DNA of 64,000 nt from an uncultured Actinomycetes bacterium. Lineage in GTDB: Bacteria > Actinomycetota > Thermoleophilia > Gaiellales > JAICJC01. A model generated the notes under the pieces. The model searched no databases, was not told the DNA's origin, and worked only from the letters and a program-made list of their open reading frames with translations. The stretch covers positions 1,264,942-1,328,941 of the forward strand of contig CAVQXH010000001.1 in the NCBI GenBank assembly GCA_963717845.1. Direction: 5' to 3'. The translations under genes and the position numbers were made by a program. Shown here in pieces: positions 30,729 to 39,929 of this stretch; the stretch's first letter is position 1; each line of letters opens with the position of its first letter.

Positions 30729-31543
30729 GCGGTCACCTCCGACTCGGTCTCGGCCTCGTCCTCGAAGCTGCGCCCGGTCGCCATCATGAAGGCGTCCTCG
30801 AGCGTCGCGGCGCCGTAGCGGTCACGGATCTCGCCGGGCGTGTCCAGGCAGAGCAGGTTGCCTCCGTGCAGGATCCCCACCCGGTCGGCGAGCGCCTCGG
30901 CCTCGGCCATGTCGTGGGTGCACAGGAGGATCGTGCAGTCGTGCTGGCGGCGCAGGTCGCGCACGAGCTCCTGCACCTCGAGCTTGGAGCGGGGGTCGAG
31001 GCCGGTGGTCGGCTCGTCGAGGAGGAGCAGCACCGGCGAGGTCAGAAGCGCCCGGGCGAGCGCGATCTTCTGCTGCATCCCGCGGGAGAGGTCCTCCATC
31101 GGCTCGCCGCGGCGGTCGGGCGGAAAGCCCACGCGGCGCAGGATCGCCGGGATGGCCGTGCGCGTCTGCCGCGGGGTGAGGCCGTAGAAGCGCGCCGAGT
31201 AGCTCAGGTTCTCGGCCGGGGACATGCGCTTGAAGAACGACGCCTCCACCGACACCCGGTTCACCAGCCGCTGCACCGCGCGCGGGTGCGCGCCGACGTC
31301 GATGCCGAACACCTCGGCCGTGCCGCCGTCGTGCAGGAGCAGCGTCGAGAGCACGCGCACGAGCGTCGACTTGCCGGAGCCGTTCTGGCCCAGGATGGCG
31401 ACGCACTCGCCGCGCGCGAGGGTGAAGGTCACGCCCTGCAGGGCCGCCACACGGCGGCGGCGGACGCGGCCACGGCGGCGGCCGTCGCGGCGGATGAACT
31501 CCTTGCGCAGATCGTGGACTTCGACGGCGGGATGGGTGGACAC
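30725..31543 (-). CDS. ABC transporter ATP-binding protein
   Basis: Walker A GQNGSGKST, signature LSRGMQQK, Walker B LLLLDEPTTGLD and the H-loop CTHD are all present. Confidence 0.92.
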   Translation of the reverse strand: MSTHPAVEVHDLRKEFIRRDGRRRGRVRRRRVAALQGVTFTLARGECVAILGQNGSGKSTLVRVLSTLLLHDGGTAEVFGIDVGAHPRAVQRLVNRVSVEASFFKRMSPAENLSYSARFYGLTPRQTRTAIPAILRRVGFPPDRRGEPMEDLSRGMQQKIALARALLTSPVLLLLDEPTTGLDPRSKLEVQELVRDLRRQHDCTILLCTHDMAEAEALADRVGILHGGNLLCLDTPGEIRDRYGAATLEDAFMMATGRSFEDEAETESEVTA

Positions 31544-31709
31544 GCGGACGCTCCAGGGACGACGGCGATCGGCTCCGGCTCCGCGCAGGGACGCACCGAG
31601 GTGCGTGCGGGCGGAGCGAGACTGATGGGGCGGCGGGCGGCGCGGGCCGGGCGGAAAACCCGGCGCAGCCGGTGACTCTAGCAGACGTCCGCAGCGACCT
31701 CGATCCCGC

Positions 31710-32417
31710 TTGGGCGGCCGGTTCCCGGGCGGTCCCGCCGATGCCGTTGGCTATGGTTGCCCGGTGGAATCGGTCGCAGGCACAAACGGCGACCGGCCCG
31801 TGGCGGTGCCCGCCCGGCCGGCCGCCCTCGCGCTGAAACGCTCGTTTGACGTCTGCGCCGCCGCCGCGGGGCTCGTGGTGCTCTCGCCGGTGCTCGCGGC
31901 GCTCGCGGCGGTGATCCTCGTCGAGGACGGGATGCCGGTGCTCTTCCGCCAGGAGCGGGCCGGGCAGGACGGCGAGCCGTTCACCATCTTCAAGTTCCGC
32001 ACGATGATCCGCGAGGCCCATGCCCATGGCGACGGGCTCGCCGTCAACGAGGGCGACGACCGCATCCTGCGCAGCGGCGACTTCTATCGCCGCTACGGCC
32101 TCGACGAGCTGCCGCAGCTCTGGAACGTCCTGCGCGGCGAGATGTCGATCATCGGCCCGCGGCCGACGCTGATGGATCAGGTGCAGCGCTACAACCCGCG
32201 CCAGCGGCTGCGCCTGGCGATGCGCCCCGGGGTGACCGGCTGGTCGCAGATCCACGGCCGCACGTCGATCCCGTGGTCGCGCCGGATCGAGCTCGACGTG
32301 TGGTACGTCGAGCACTGGTCGCTGCGGCTCGACGCGCGCATCCTGTGGCGGACGCTGCACCAGATGACGCGGCCGGCCGAGACCTACAAGGGCACGACGG
32401 GCGGCTGGGACCTGTGA
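31710..32417 (+). CDS. Undecaprenyl-phosphate sugar phosphotransferase (small bacterial sugar transferase family); start uncertain
   Basis: KRSFDV...VLSPVL...FRQER.G..G..F.IFKFRTM...DELPQLWNVLRGEMSIIGPRP are hallmark blocks. Confidence 0.88.
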   Translation: MGGRFPGGPADAVGYGCPVESVAGTNGDRPVAVPARPAALALKRSFDVCAAAAGLVVLSPVLAALAAVILVEDGMPVLFRQERAGQDGEPFTIFKFRTMIREAHAHGDGLAVNEGDDRILRSGDFYRRYGLDELPQLWNVLRGEMSIIGPRPTLMDQVQRYNPRQRLRLAMRPGVTGWSQIHGRTSIPWSRRIELDVWYVEHWSLRLDARILWRTLHQMTRPAETYKGTTGGWDL

Positions 32418-33430
32418 GCAAGCGGTCGGTGCTGCTCACGTGCGCCGGGCAGCGCGTGGACGTCGTGCGGGCCTTCCGCGAGGCGCTCGACGGCCTCGGC
32501 TGGGACGGCGACGTGGTCGCGGTCGACGCGAACCCGCTCTCGCCGGCGCTGATGAAGGCCGACCGCGGGGTCGTGGTGCCGGTCGCGAGCAGCCCCGACT
32601 ACGTGCCGGCGCTGGCCGACCTGGTGACCGCCCACGGCGTGCGCGCGGTGCTGCCGCTGGCCGACCTCGACAACGTCGAGCTCGTCGCCGGCCGTGCGCT
32701 CCTCGAGGCCGCCGGGGCGGCGCTGCTTCTGCCCGACCTGGCTGTGGCCGAGGCCATGTTCGACAAGTACCGCTGCCACGAGGCGCTGCTCGCCGCCGGC
32801 CTGCCGTCGCCCGACACGTGGATCCCCGAGGAGCTGCCGCCGCGGCCGCCGCTGCCGCTGCTCGTGAAGCGGCGGTGGGGGTATGCGTCGCGCGACATCT
32901 ACCGCTGCGAGAGCCTGGCCGAGGTGCGCTTCTTCGTCGCCTACGCGGGCGTGCCGGTGATCGTGCAGCGGTTCTGTCCTGGCGAGCAGTTCTCGATCGA
33001 CGTCCTCTGCGATCTGCAGGGCACGGCGGTGAACGTCATCCCGCGCACGATGATCGAGTCGAAGGGCGGCGAGTCGATCAAGGGCATGACCATCGCCGAT
33101 CCGCGCCTGATCGAGCTCGGGCGCACGGTCGCCGAGGGCCTGCGGCTGGTCGGTCCGGCGACCGTCCAGTGCTTCGACGAGCCGGAGGGCCTGCCGGTCA
33201 CCGACATCAACTGCCGCTTCGGCGGGGCCTTCCCGCTCCCGCTCGCGGCGGGCTCGCGCTATCCCGAGCTGGTGCTGCGGATCGCCTGCGGCGAGCGCAT
33301 CGAGCCGCACGTGGGCAGGTTCACGCCCGGGGTGACGATGACCCGCTACTACGACACCGTGATCCTGCCGCAGGGCGACCGCGCCGCTGCCGCCGAGGCG
33401 CTCGGCGGCGCCCCGGCGGCCGCAGACTAG
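32414..33430 (+). CDS. ATP-grasp enzyme (carbamoyl-phosphate-synthase-L-like ATP-binding fold)
   Basis: The GTGA start overlaps the sugar-transferase stop. An ATP-grasp layout follows (..DKYRCHEALLAAGLPSP..LLVKRRWGYASRDIY..VIVQRF.PGEQFSIDV..DINCRFGG). Confidence 0.75.
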   Translation: MSKRSVLLTCAGQRVDVVRAFREALDGLGWDGDVVAVDANPLSPALMKADRGVVVPVASSPDYVPALADLVTAHGVRAVLPLADLDNVELVAGRALLEAAGAALLLPDLAVAEAMFDKYRCHEALLAAGLPSPDTWIPEELPPRPPLPLLVKRRWGYASRDIYRCESLAEVRFFVAYAGVPVIVQRFCPGEQFSIDVLCDLQGTAVNVIPRTMIESKGGESIKGMTIADPRLIELGRTVAEGLRLVGPATVQCFDEPEGLPVTDINCRFGGAFPLPLAAGSRYPELVLRIACGERIEPHVGRFTPGVTMTRYYDTVILPQGDRAAAAEALGGAPAAAD

Positions 33431-33436
33431 ACCCGT

Positions 33437-33664
33437 CTAGCCGCCGCTCGACTGCGTGAACCGGGGCGGCAGGGGCGCCTCGGCGACGTGCGCCACGAGC
33501 ACCGGCCGGTCCCACCAGGTGTGCGTGTGGCCGCACCCGCGCGACTGCAGGCACCGCGGCGGCGGGTGGTCGAAGAGGCCCGCGACGTCGGCCGGCGCCG
33601 GCCCGATCAGGACGACGAGCGCTGCGACCGTCCCGAGCGCGAGCTGCCTGCGCCTCACCACCAT
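33437..33664 (-). CDS. Small exported/membrane protein (75 aa) with a CxxxxGCGHTH motif
   Basis: GC3 is nearly uniform across the ORF. The N-terminus is hydrophobic (MVVRRRQLALGTVAALVVLIGPAPA). It begins 18 nt after the stop of the upstream PAS-GGDEF-EAL gene on the same strand. Confidence 0.55.
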   Translation of the reverse strand: MVVRRRQLALGTVAALVVLIGPAPADVAGLFDHPPPRCLQSRGCGHTHTWWDRPVLVAHVAEAPLPPRFTQSSGG

Positions 33665-33682
33665 GCGCCGATCCTATCGCGG

Positions 33683-35902
33683 TCAGCCCACCACGGGCTC
33701 GCGATCGAAGCGGCGATAGAGCGGCTCGACCGCGTCCGCCGGCACCGCCGGGCTGAACAGGAACCCCTGGCCGAGCGTGCACCCCTCGCGCTTCAGGAAC
33801 TCGTACTGGTCGGGCGTCTCGATGCCCTCGGCCAGCGCCTCGGCGCCGATGTTGCGGGCGAGCTGGATGATCGTGGTCGCGATCGCGTTGGCGTGCGGGC
33901 TCCCGGGGATGTCGCGCACGAACGCGCGATCGATCTTGAGCGTCGAGACAGGCATCTCGGTGAGGCGGCTGAGCGACGAATGGCCCGTGCCGAAGTCGTC
34001 GATCGCGAGCTTGATGCCGCGCCGGTGCAGATCGTGCAGGATGGCCTGAGTGCGGTCGGGCTCGGTCATCGCGCTCGACTCGCTCACCTCGACGACGATC
34101 TGGCTGGGGTCGAGGCCGCTCGCGCGGATCGTGTGCAGCAACCGCTCGGCCGCCTCCGGGTGCCAGTGGGCGATGGGCAGGTTGACGGCCGCGCGGATGT
34201 TCATCTCGCCTGCAAGCCACGGCCGTGACACCCGGCACACCTCGTCGACGACCCACTCCGAGATGGCGCCGATCAGATCGGTGCGCTCGGCCAGGGGGAT
34301 GAAGGCCGAGGGCGCCAGCAGCCCGTCGTCGGGGTGGTTCCAGCGGATGAGCGCCTCGACGCCCACCATGTGCATGTCCTCGAGGCGCAGGATCGGCTGG
34401 TAGTGGAGCACGAACTCGCCGCGCTCGAGTGCGAGCTGCATCTGTGCCGTCAGCGACACCTGGGCTGCGCCGTTTGCCGCTGCCGGCAGCGAGCGCCGGG
34501 CGAGCTCCTTCGACCGGTACATGGCCGCGTCGGCGCGGCGCAGGAGCTCGTCGCGGCCGGTGGCGTCGTCGGGGTAGAGCGCGATGCCGACGCTGCCGCC
34601 CGCCGCGATCGTGGCGCCGTCGATCGCGGCCGGCGCGGCCAGGGCCTGCTCGACGTGCTCGGCGATCGTCTGGGCGATGGCCCGCGGGCCCGGCGACGCG
34701 TCCGTCGGCAGGTCGGCGACCAGGACGAGGAACTCGTCGCCGCCGTGGCGGGCGACCAGATCGGTGGCCCGCGTCGCCCGCTCGAGCCGCCGCGCGACCT
34801 GGCGCAGCAGCTGGTCGCCCGCCTGGTGCCCGTGCGTGTCGTTGGTGAGCTTGAAGTCGTCCAGGTCGACGTACAGGACGGCCACGCCGCGCCCGTGCCG
34901 CTGGGCGCGCGCGAGCGCCAGGTCGAGGTGCTCGGCGAACATGAGCCGGTTCGGCAGGCCGGTCAGGTCGTCGTGGTAGGCGAGGTAGGCCACGCGCTGC
35001 TCGGCCAGCTTGCGGGCGGTGATGTCGCGGCCGATCTCGGCCGCGCCGATCACGTGGCCGGCCGCGTCGACGATGGGCGAGACGGTCAGCGCCACCCGCA
35101 CCTCGACCCCGTCCTTGCGCACCCGCACCGTCTCCAGGTTCTCGACCGGCTCTCCCCGCCGGATCAGCGCCAGCAGCGCCGGCGAGTCGGCCGGGCGGCC
35201 GCGCGGCTCGACGAGCGAGATGCGGCGGCCGACCGCCTCGGTGGCGGAGTGGCCGTACAGGCGCTCGGCGCCGCGGTTCCACGATTCGATGACCCCGTCG
35301 AGGGTCTGCGACACGATGGCGTCCTCGGACGACTGGACGATCGCGGCCAGGTCGTAGAGCGCCCGCTGGGACCGGCGCCGGTCGCTCTGGTCGCGCACCT
35401 GGAGCAGCCGCAGGCGGGTGGCGACGCCGGCCAGCGGCGCCGACGACACCTCGGCCGAGAAGGTCGTTCCGTCGTCGCGCCTGGCCGTGACCTCGTAGCG
35501 GCCGTCCCGCTCCCACACCCGCGCGGGCGCGTCGGCCTGCATGGGTGCGAGCAGCCCGTCCTCCAGGGTGGCGCCGACCGTGTCGTCGCGCCGCAGACCG
35601 AGCATGCGCTCGGCCGCCGAGTTGCACTCGACCAGCGTCCCGCGCTCGTCCACGACGAGCACGGCGTCCGGCGTCGACGCCACGATCGCGTGGGCGAGGG
35701 CGTCGTCGCGGCGGCGGCGGCGGCCGATCACGGCCCTGGTCGAGACGGCGCCCGCGAGGGCTGCCAGCCACAGCGCCGCGGGGGCGACGCGCCAGTACCA
35801 GGCGGTGCCCGCCCCGGCCAGGAGCCACCAGCTCGCGGCGGCGACGGCGCCGGCCGCCCACAGACCGAAGCCCGCACCCCGATACCGCCCTACCCGGCTC
35901 AC
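33683..35902 (-). CDS. Membrane-anchored PAS-PAS-GGDEF-EAL c-di-GMP signalling protein
   Basis: 739 aa. N-terminal TM segments precede two PAS modules, a GGDEF domain (RHGGDEFLVLV) and an EAL domain (VEALIRW...DDFGTGHSSL). Confidence 0.92.
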   Translation of the reverse strand: MSRVGRYRGAGFGLWAAGAVAAASWWLLAGAGTAWYWRVAPAALWLAALAGAVSTRAVIGRRRRRDDALAHAIVASTPDAVLVVDERGTLVECNSAAERMLGLRRDDTVGATLEDGLLAPMQADAPARVWERDGRYEVTARRDDGTTFSAEVSSAPLAGVATRLRLLQVRDQSDRRRSQRALYDLAAIVQSSEDAIVSQTLDGVIESWNRGAERLYGHSATEAVGRRISLVEPRGRPADSPALLALIRRGEPVENLETVRVRKDGVEVRVALTVSPIVDAAGHVIGAAEIGRDITARKLAEQRVAYLAYHDDLTGLPNRLMFAEHLDLALARAQRHGRGVAVLYVDLDDFKLTNDTHGHQAGDQLLRQVARRLERATRATDLVARHGGDEFLVLVADLPTDASPGPRAIAQTIAEHVEQALAAPAAIDGATIAAGGSVGIALYPDDATGRDELLRRADAAMYRSKELARRSLPAAANGAAQVSLTAQMQLALERGEFVLHYQPILRLEDMHMVGVEALIRWNHPDDGLLAPSAFIPLAERTDLIGAISEWVVDEVCRVSRPWLAGEMNIRAAVNLPIAHWHPEAAERLLHTIRASGLDPSQIVVEVSESSAMTEPDRTQAILHDLHRRGIKLAIDDFGTGHSSLSRLTEMPVSTLKIDRAFVRDIPGSPHANAIATTIIQLARNIGAEALAEGIETPDQYEFLKREGCTLGQGFLFSPAVPADAVEPLYRRFDREPVVG

Positions 35903-36015
35903 GCCTCGCCTCCCTCGGCTGCCCGCCTCGCCAGCGTCCGTTCGTCTCGCGAAATGATACGACGCTCCTCCCTGCGCTCCTGCGGCCGTGGCGGCGGCGT
36001 GGCAGGATTGCGACG

Positions 36016-37029
36016 GTGGCCCGCTACCACGCGCCCGGCCGTGTCAACCTGATCGGCGAGCACACCGACTACGCCGGCGGCCTCGTCCTCCCGGCGGCGA
36101 TCGACCGCGGCCTCACGCTCGACTGCGTGGCCGCCGACCGGATCCGGCTGCGCTCCTCGGCCGCGCCCGGCGAGGCCGACCTGGGGCCAGACGGGGCCGG
36201 CGCCGCGGAGGGGTTCGGGCGGTACGTGGGCGCCCTGGCGGCCGAGCTGGCCGATCTCGGCCGGGCGCCGTGCGGGATCGACGGCCGCATCGCCGCCGAC
36301 CTGCCCGCCGGCGCGGGCCTCGCGTCGTCCGCGGCGCTGCTCGTGGCCGTCGGCCTCGCCCTGTGCGACGCCGCCGGCATGGAGCTCGCGCCGCTCGCGC
36401 TCGCCGGCGCCTGCCGCCGGGCCGAGGAGCGGGCGGTGGGCGTTCCGTGCGGCATCATGGATCCAGCCGTCGCGCTGCTCGGCCGGGCCGGGCAGGCGCT
36501 TCTGCTCGACTGCGGCTCGCTCGCCCACCGCCACGTGCCGCTGCCGGATGGGCTCGGGCTGATCGTCGTCGACTCCGGCGCGCGCCGGCGCCTGGCCGAG
36601 ACGGGCTACGCCGCCCGGCGGCGCGAGCTCGAGCGCGCGCTCGCCGGCGACCGCGACGAGACGGCCGCCCGCCGCCTGCGGCATCTGCGCTCCGAGAACG
36701 CCCGGGTCGAGCAGGCCGCCGCGGCGCTCGCGGAGGGCGACGCCCGCGCCCTCGGCCCGATCCTCGCGGCCGGCCACGCCAGCCTGCGCGACGACTTCGA
36801 GGTCTCGACCCCCGAGCTCGACCTGCTGGTCGGGCTCGCCCTCGACGCGGGCGCGTGGGCGGCGCGGATGACCGGCGGCGGCTTCGGCGGCGCGATCGTG
36901 GCGCTCGCCCCGGCAGGTCGGTGCGCCGCCATCGCTGCGTCCGTGGCCGCCGGCTACCGGGCCGCGACCGGGCGGGCGACCGCGCCGATCGTCACGCGCG
37001 CCGCGGACGGCGCCCGGCGGCTGGCGTGA
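36016..37029 (+). CDS. galK: Galactokinase (GHMP kinase), short N-terminus
   Basis: The galactokinase signature APGRVNLIGEHTDYAGG, the GHMP motif PAGAGLASSAAL and the C-terminal MTGGGFGG are present. The start is GTG at 36016. Confidence 0.85.
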   Translation: MARYHAPGRVNLIGEHTDYAGGLVLPAAIDRGLTLDCVAADRIRLRSSAAPGEADLGPDGAGAAEGFGRYVGALAAELADLGRAPCGIDGRIAADLPAGAGLASSAALLVAVGLALCDAAGMELAPLALAGACRRAEERAVGVPCGIMDPAVALLGRAGQALLLDCGSLAHRHVPLPDGLGLIVVDSGARRRLAETGYAARRRELERALAGDRDETAARRLRHLRSENARVEQAAAALAEGDARALGPILAAGHASLRDDFEVSTPELDLLVGLALDAGAWAARMTGGGFGGAIVALAPAGRCAAIAASVAAGYRAATGRATAPIVTRAADGARRLA

Positions 37030-37074
37030 GCCGAGAAGCGGGGCCAGGCCGCGACAGGCGGGGACAGTCCCCTG

Positions 37075-37996
37075 TTAGGCCGGTGCGCGGGCGAGCGGCT
37101 GGCACAGGCAGTGCACGCCGCCGCCGGCGAGCTGGAACTGGCTCATGTCCGGGTCGTAGACGACGAGGCCGAGCGCCCGCAGCTTGGCGTTCAGGTCGGT
37201 CGCGAACGCCGTGGAGAGCACCCGGTCGCCGCCCAGGGCGACCACGTTGCAGCCCAGGCCCATCGTCTCGCGGAAGCCGACGGGCACGATCTGGATCCGC
37301 CTGGACTCGAGCCACTGGACGACGGCCGGGTCGGTCGTCTCGAGGCAGACCGCGGCGAGGCCGGGGGCGACCATGCACACCATCAGGTCGAGGTGCACGT
37401 AGAACTCGTCGATCGGCGCGTAGCAGACGTCGTAGCCCTCGCGCTCGAGCCAGCCGCCGACCTGGCGCGCCCCGACCTCCTCGCTGCGCATGCCGGTGAA
37501 CCCGATCAGGGCGCTGCCCGGCGCGACGAGCGCGAAGTCGCCGCCCTCGAAGCTCCCGGCGGTGACCAGGTCGTAGATGGGGATGCCGTTGCCGGCGTAG
37601 AAGTCGAGGCAGGGGGCGTACTCGCCGCGCCGGCGCGGGTTGGCGAGCTGGCAGACCACGGCGCCCCACGGCGTCATGATGCTCGAGTCGCGCGTGTACA
37701 CGCCGTAGGCGAGCTCGGCGCGGGCCTCGATCAGGTGCACCGCCACCCCGGCCGTAGCGGAAGGCGTCCACCATCTCGCCGTGCTGGCGCAGCGCCAGGT
37801 CGCGGTCGAAGCGATGGCCGCGGCGCAGGGTGTCGCGGACGAGCGCCGAGTAGGCCGCGTTCTCCTCCCCGAGCCAGCGAAACGCGCTCGGGTCGGCCAG
37901 CAGCACGTCCCGCATCGGGGCGTACTCGGAATCGATGCCCCAGCGCTCGAGCGCGGTCGTGCCGCCCTCGGCCGCGCGCCTGCCGATCGCCGCCAC
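37075..37996 (-). pseudogene. Amidinotransferase/DDAH-superfamily guanidino-group-modifying enzyme with an apparent +1 frame break near 37744-37757
   Basis: The N-terminal 84 aa are in the frame of ORF 36992..37996 (..RQHGEMVDAFRY). The remainder is in the frame of ORF 37075..37746 (VAVHLIEARAELAYGVYTRDS...GGGVHCLCQPL). GC3 switches at tacggccggggtgg. Confidence 0.7.
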
Positions 37997-38503
37997 CTAG
38001 GCGACCACCGGGCTGCGCCGCTCCATCAGGAGCACGTCGCGCCACTCGCCCCGCAGCCGGCCGAGCCGCTCACGGCGGCCGACCAGCCGGAATCCGGCCC
38101 GCTCGTGCAGCCGCACGCTGGCCGTGTTCTCGGGGAACATCCCGGCCTGCAGCGTCCACAGCCCGCCGGCCTCCGCGGAGGCGACCAGCGCGGCGAGGAG
38201 GGCTGCGCCGACACCGTGCCCGCGCGCGTCCGCTGCCACGTAGACGCTCACCTCGGCGACACCGGCGTACACGCACCGTCCGGACACGGGCGTGAGCGCC
38301 GCCCATCCCACCGGCCCCGCCTCCGTCGCGGCCATGAGGCGGTGGTCGGGCAGGTGGGAGCGGTCGAACCGCTCCCAGTCGGGCACCTCGGTCTCGAACG
38401 TGGCGTCCCCGCTCGCGATGCCGTCGGCGTAGATCCGGGCCACGTCGCCCCAGTCGCCGGCCGTCATCGCCGTGATCGCGAGCTTCGCCGCCCCTGTGGT
38501 CAC
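37997..38503 (-). CDS. GNAT N-acetyltransferase (phosphinothricin-acetyltransferase-like)
   Basis: The GTGA start overlaps the Dyp stop. Sequences include DWGDVARIYADGIASGDATFE and ..VYVAADARGHGVGAALL..NTASVRLHERAGF. The stop TAG directly abuts the next start. Confidence 0.82.
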   Translation of the reverse strand: MTTGAAKLAITAMTAGDWGDVARIYADGIASGDATFETEVPDWERFDRSHLPDHRLMAATEAGPVGWAALTPVSGRCVYAGVAEVSVYVAADARGHGVGAALLAALVASAEAGGLWTLQAGMFPENTASVRLHERAGFRLVGRRERLGRLRGEWRDVLLMERRSPVVA

Positions 38504-39675
38504 GCGAGCATCGTCTCGCCGACGTATCCGCCGGGGCGGATCCCGGGCGGGACGGCGTACATCGCGCTGCCGCGCGGCACCGGGTACTCGACCGTGAACC
38601 GGTCGTGGACGGCGAGCCGGCTCTGGATCGGGATGAACTGCCGGCGCGGGTCGCGCTGATAGGCGATGAAGAAGAGGCCGCCGAGCGGCGATGAGATCTG
38701 GTCGTCGTAGCCGGTGGTGAAGGTGTAGCCGCGGCGCAGGATGCGCTCGGCCTCGCTGCCCGGCTTGCGCGGGTTCGCCACCATGATGTGGCAGTCGGTG
38801 GGCTCCTTGGAGGCGATCACGGGATCGAACTCGTGCTTCTGGCCGAACGGCGCGCCGCTGGCCTTGCGCCTGCCGAACGCGTACTCCTGCACGCTCAGCG
38901 GCTCGGTCACGAAGTTCGCGACGTGCACCGTCAGGTTGCGGGTGACGAGATAGGTGCCGTTGGTCATCCAGGCGGGCCCGTCGCTCGCGTTGACCCACAC
39001 GTTGGAGCGCATCTTGGCCGTGTCCTCGCCATGCAGGTTGTTCGTGCCGTCCTTGAAGCCGACGATGTTGCGCGGCGTGCCGCCCTTCTCGCCGGGCAGG
39101 GCGTCGCGCACGAAGCCGTACTGCGACCAGCGCACCCGGGTGGCGGCGCCGGTCACGGCCACGAGCGCGGCCTGCGCCCGCTCCACCACCTCGCGGCTGG
39201 CCGCGCAGCACTGCACGCCGATGTCGCCGTCGCTCAGCTCGGGGCGCAGCTGGTCGCCCTTGAAGTGCGGCATGTCGACGAGCGCCGGCGGCCGCTGCGA
39301 GGCGAGCCCGAAGCGCGAGTCGAACAGGCTCGCGCCGAAGCCGAACGTGATCGTCAGGAGCGCGGGGTCGAAGCTCTCGCCGGCGGGCGGCGCCTTCCCG
39401 GCCGTGAGGTCGGCGGCGGCCGTCGTCAGCGCCCGCATCACGTCGCGCAGGCCTGACTTCCCCGGCACCTGCACGTCGAGCGCCGCGAACTGGAGGTACT
39501 TCGGCTGCGGGTTCGTGATGCCGGCCTGGTGGACGCCGTGGAACTGCTCGACCTGGGAGTCGGCGCTGGCCGACCCGCTCTCGAGCTTCGCGTAGCCCGC
39601 TGCGCCCAGCGCCAGGCCTCCACCCGCCGCCCCAGCCCACCGCAACAGGTGCTTGCGCGACAGTCGCCGGCTCAT
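38500..39675 (-). CDS. Tat-exported Dyp-type peroxidase (EfeB-like)
   Basis: The ATG at 39675 gives MSRRLSRKHLLRWAGAAGGGLALGAAG, a twin-arginine signal. The Dyp core is FKDGTNN...ILRRGY.F and GLFFIAYQRD. Confidence 0.9.
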   Translation of the reverse strand: MSRRLSRKHLLRWAGAAGGGLALGAAGYAKLESGSASADSQVEQFHGVHQAGITNPQPKYLQFAALDVQVPGKSGLRDVMRALTTAAADLTAGKAPPAGESFDPALLTITFGFGASLFDSRFGLASQRPPALVDMPHFKGDQLRPELSDGDIGVQCCAASREVVERAQAALVAVTGAATRVRWSQYGFVRDALPGEKGGTPRNIVGFKDGTNNLHGEDTAKMRSNVWVNASDGPAWMTNGTYLVTRNLTVHVANFVTEPLSVQEYAFGRRKASGAPFGQKHEFDPVIASKEPTDCHIMVANPRKPGSEAERILRRGYTFTTGYDDQISSPLGGLFFIAYQRDPRRQFIPIQSRLAVHDRFTVEYPVPRGSAMYAVPPGIRPGGYVGETMLA

Positions 39676-39736
39676 CCGTTTGCATCCTACCGCGGCCGCG
39701 CCGCCGGTTCGGCGGCAGCATCTACAGTTAACGCCG

Positions 39737-39916
39737 ATGCGGATCGTGGCCGAGCATCTGCCGCACCTGATCCCGGCCGTCGCCGGCCTCGGGTTCCTGG
39801 GCTGGTTCTCGTGGCACCTGCGCACCGGCCCGCCCGCCGAGCTCTCCGATCAGGAGCTCGCCGCCTGGCAGGAGGCGCGCGCCGCGCGCCGCAAGCGCCC
39901 CAAGCTCGAGCGGTGA
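39737..39916 (+). CDS. Small single-TM protein (59 aa)
   Basis: ATG at 39737, GC3-rich. The sequence is MRIVAEHLPHLIPAVAGLGFLGWFSWHL..., followed by a charged tail. A TACAGT -10-like hexamer lies 8 nt upstream, so the transcript may be leaderless. Confidence 0.5.
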   Translation: MRIVAEHLPHLIPAVAGLGFLGWFSWHLRTGPPAELSDQELAAWQEARAARRKRPKLER

Positions 39917-39929
39917 GCCCGCCGGCCGT

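Noticed and set aside
35903-36060. A possible N-terminal frameshift in galK: the short N-terminus, with an upstream ATG at 35954 in another frame giving MIRRSSLRSCGRGGGVAGLRRW.
   Set aside because: The upstream frame has mixed GC3 and no resemblance to the galactokinase N-terminal F...FG motif. The GTG at 36016 gives an acceptable start directly before the signature.
38500-39675. The Dyp peroxidase as encapsulin cargo.
   Set aside because: It has an N-terminal twin-arginine export signal rather than a C-terminal targeting peptide, and no encapsulin shell gene is adjacent.
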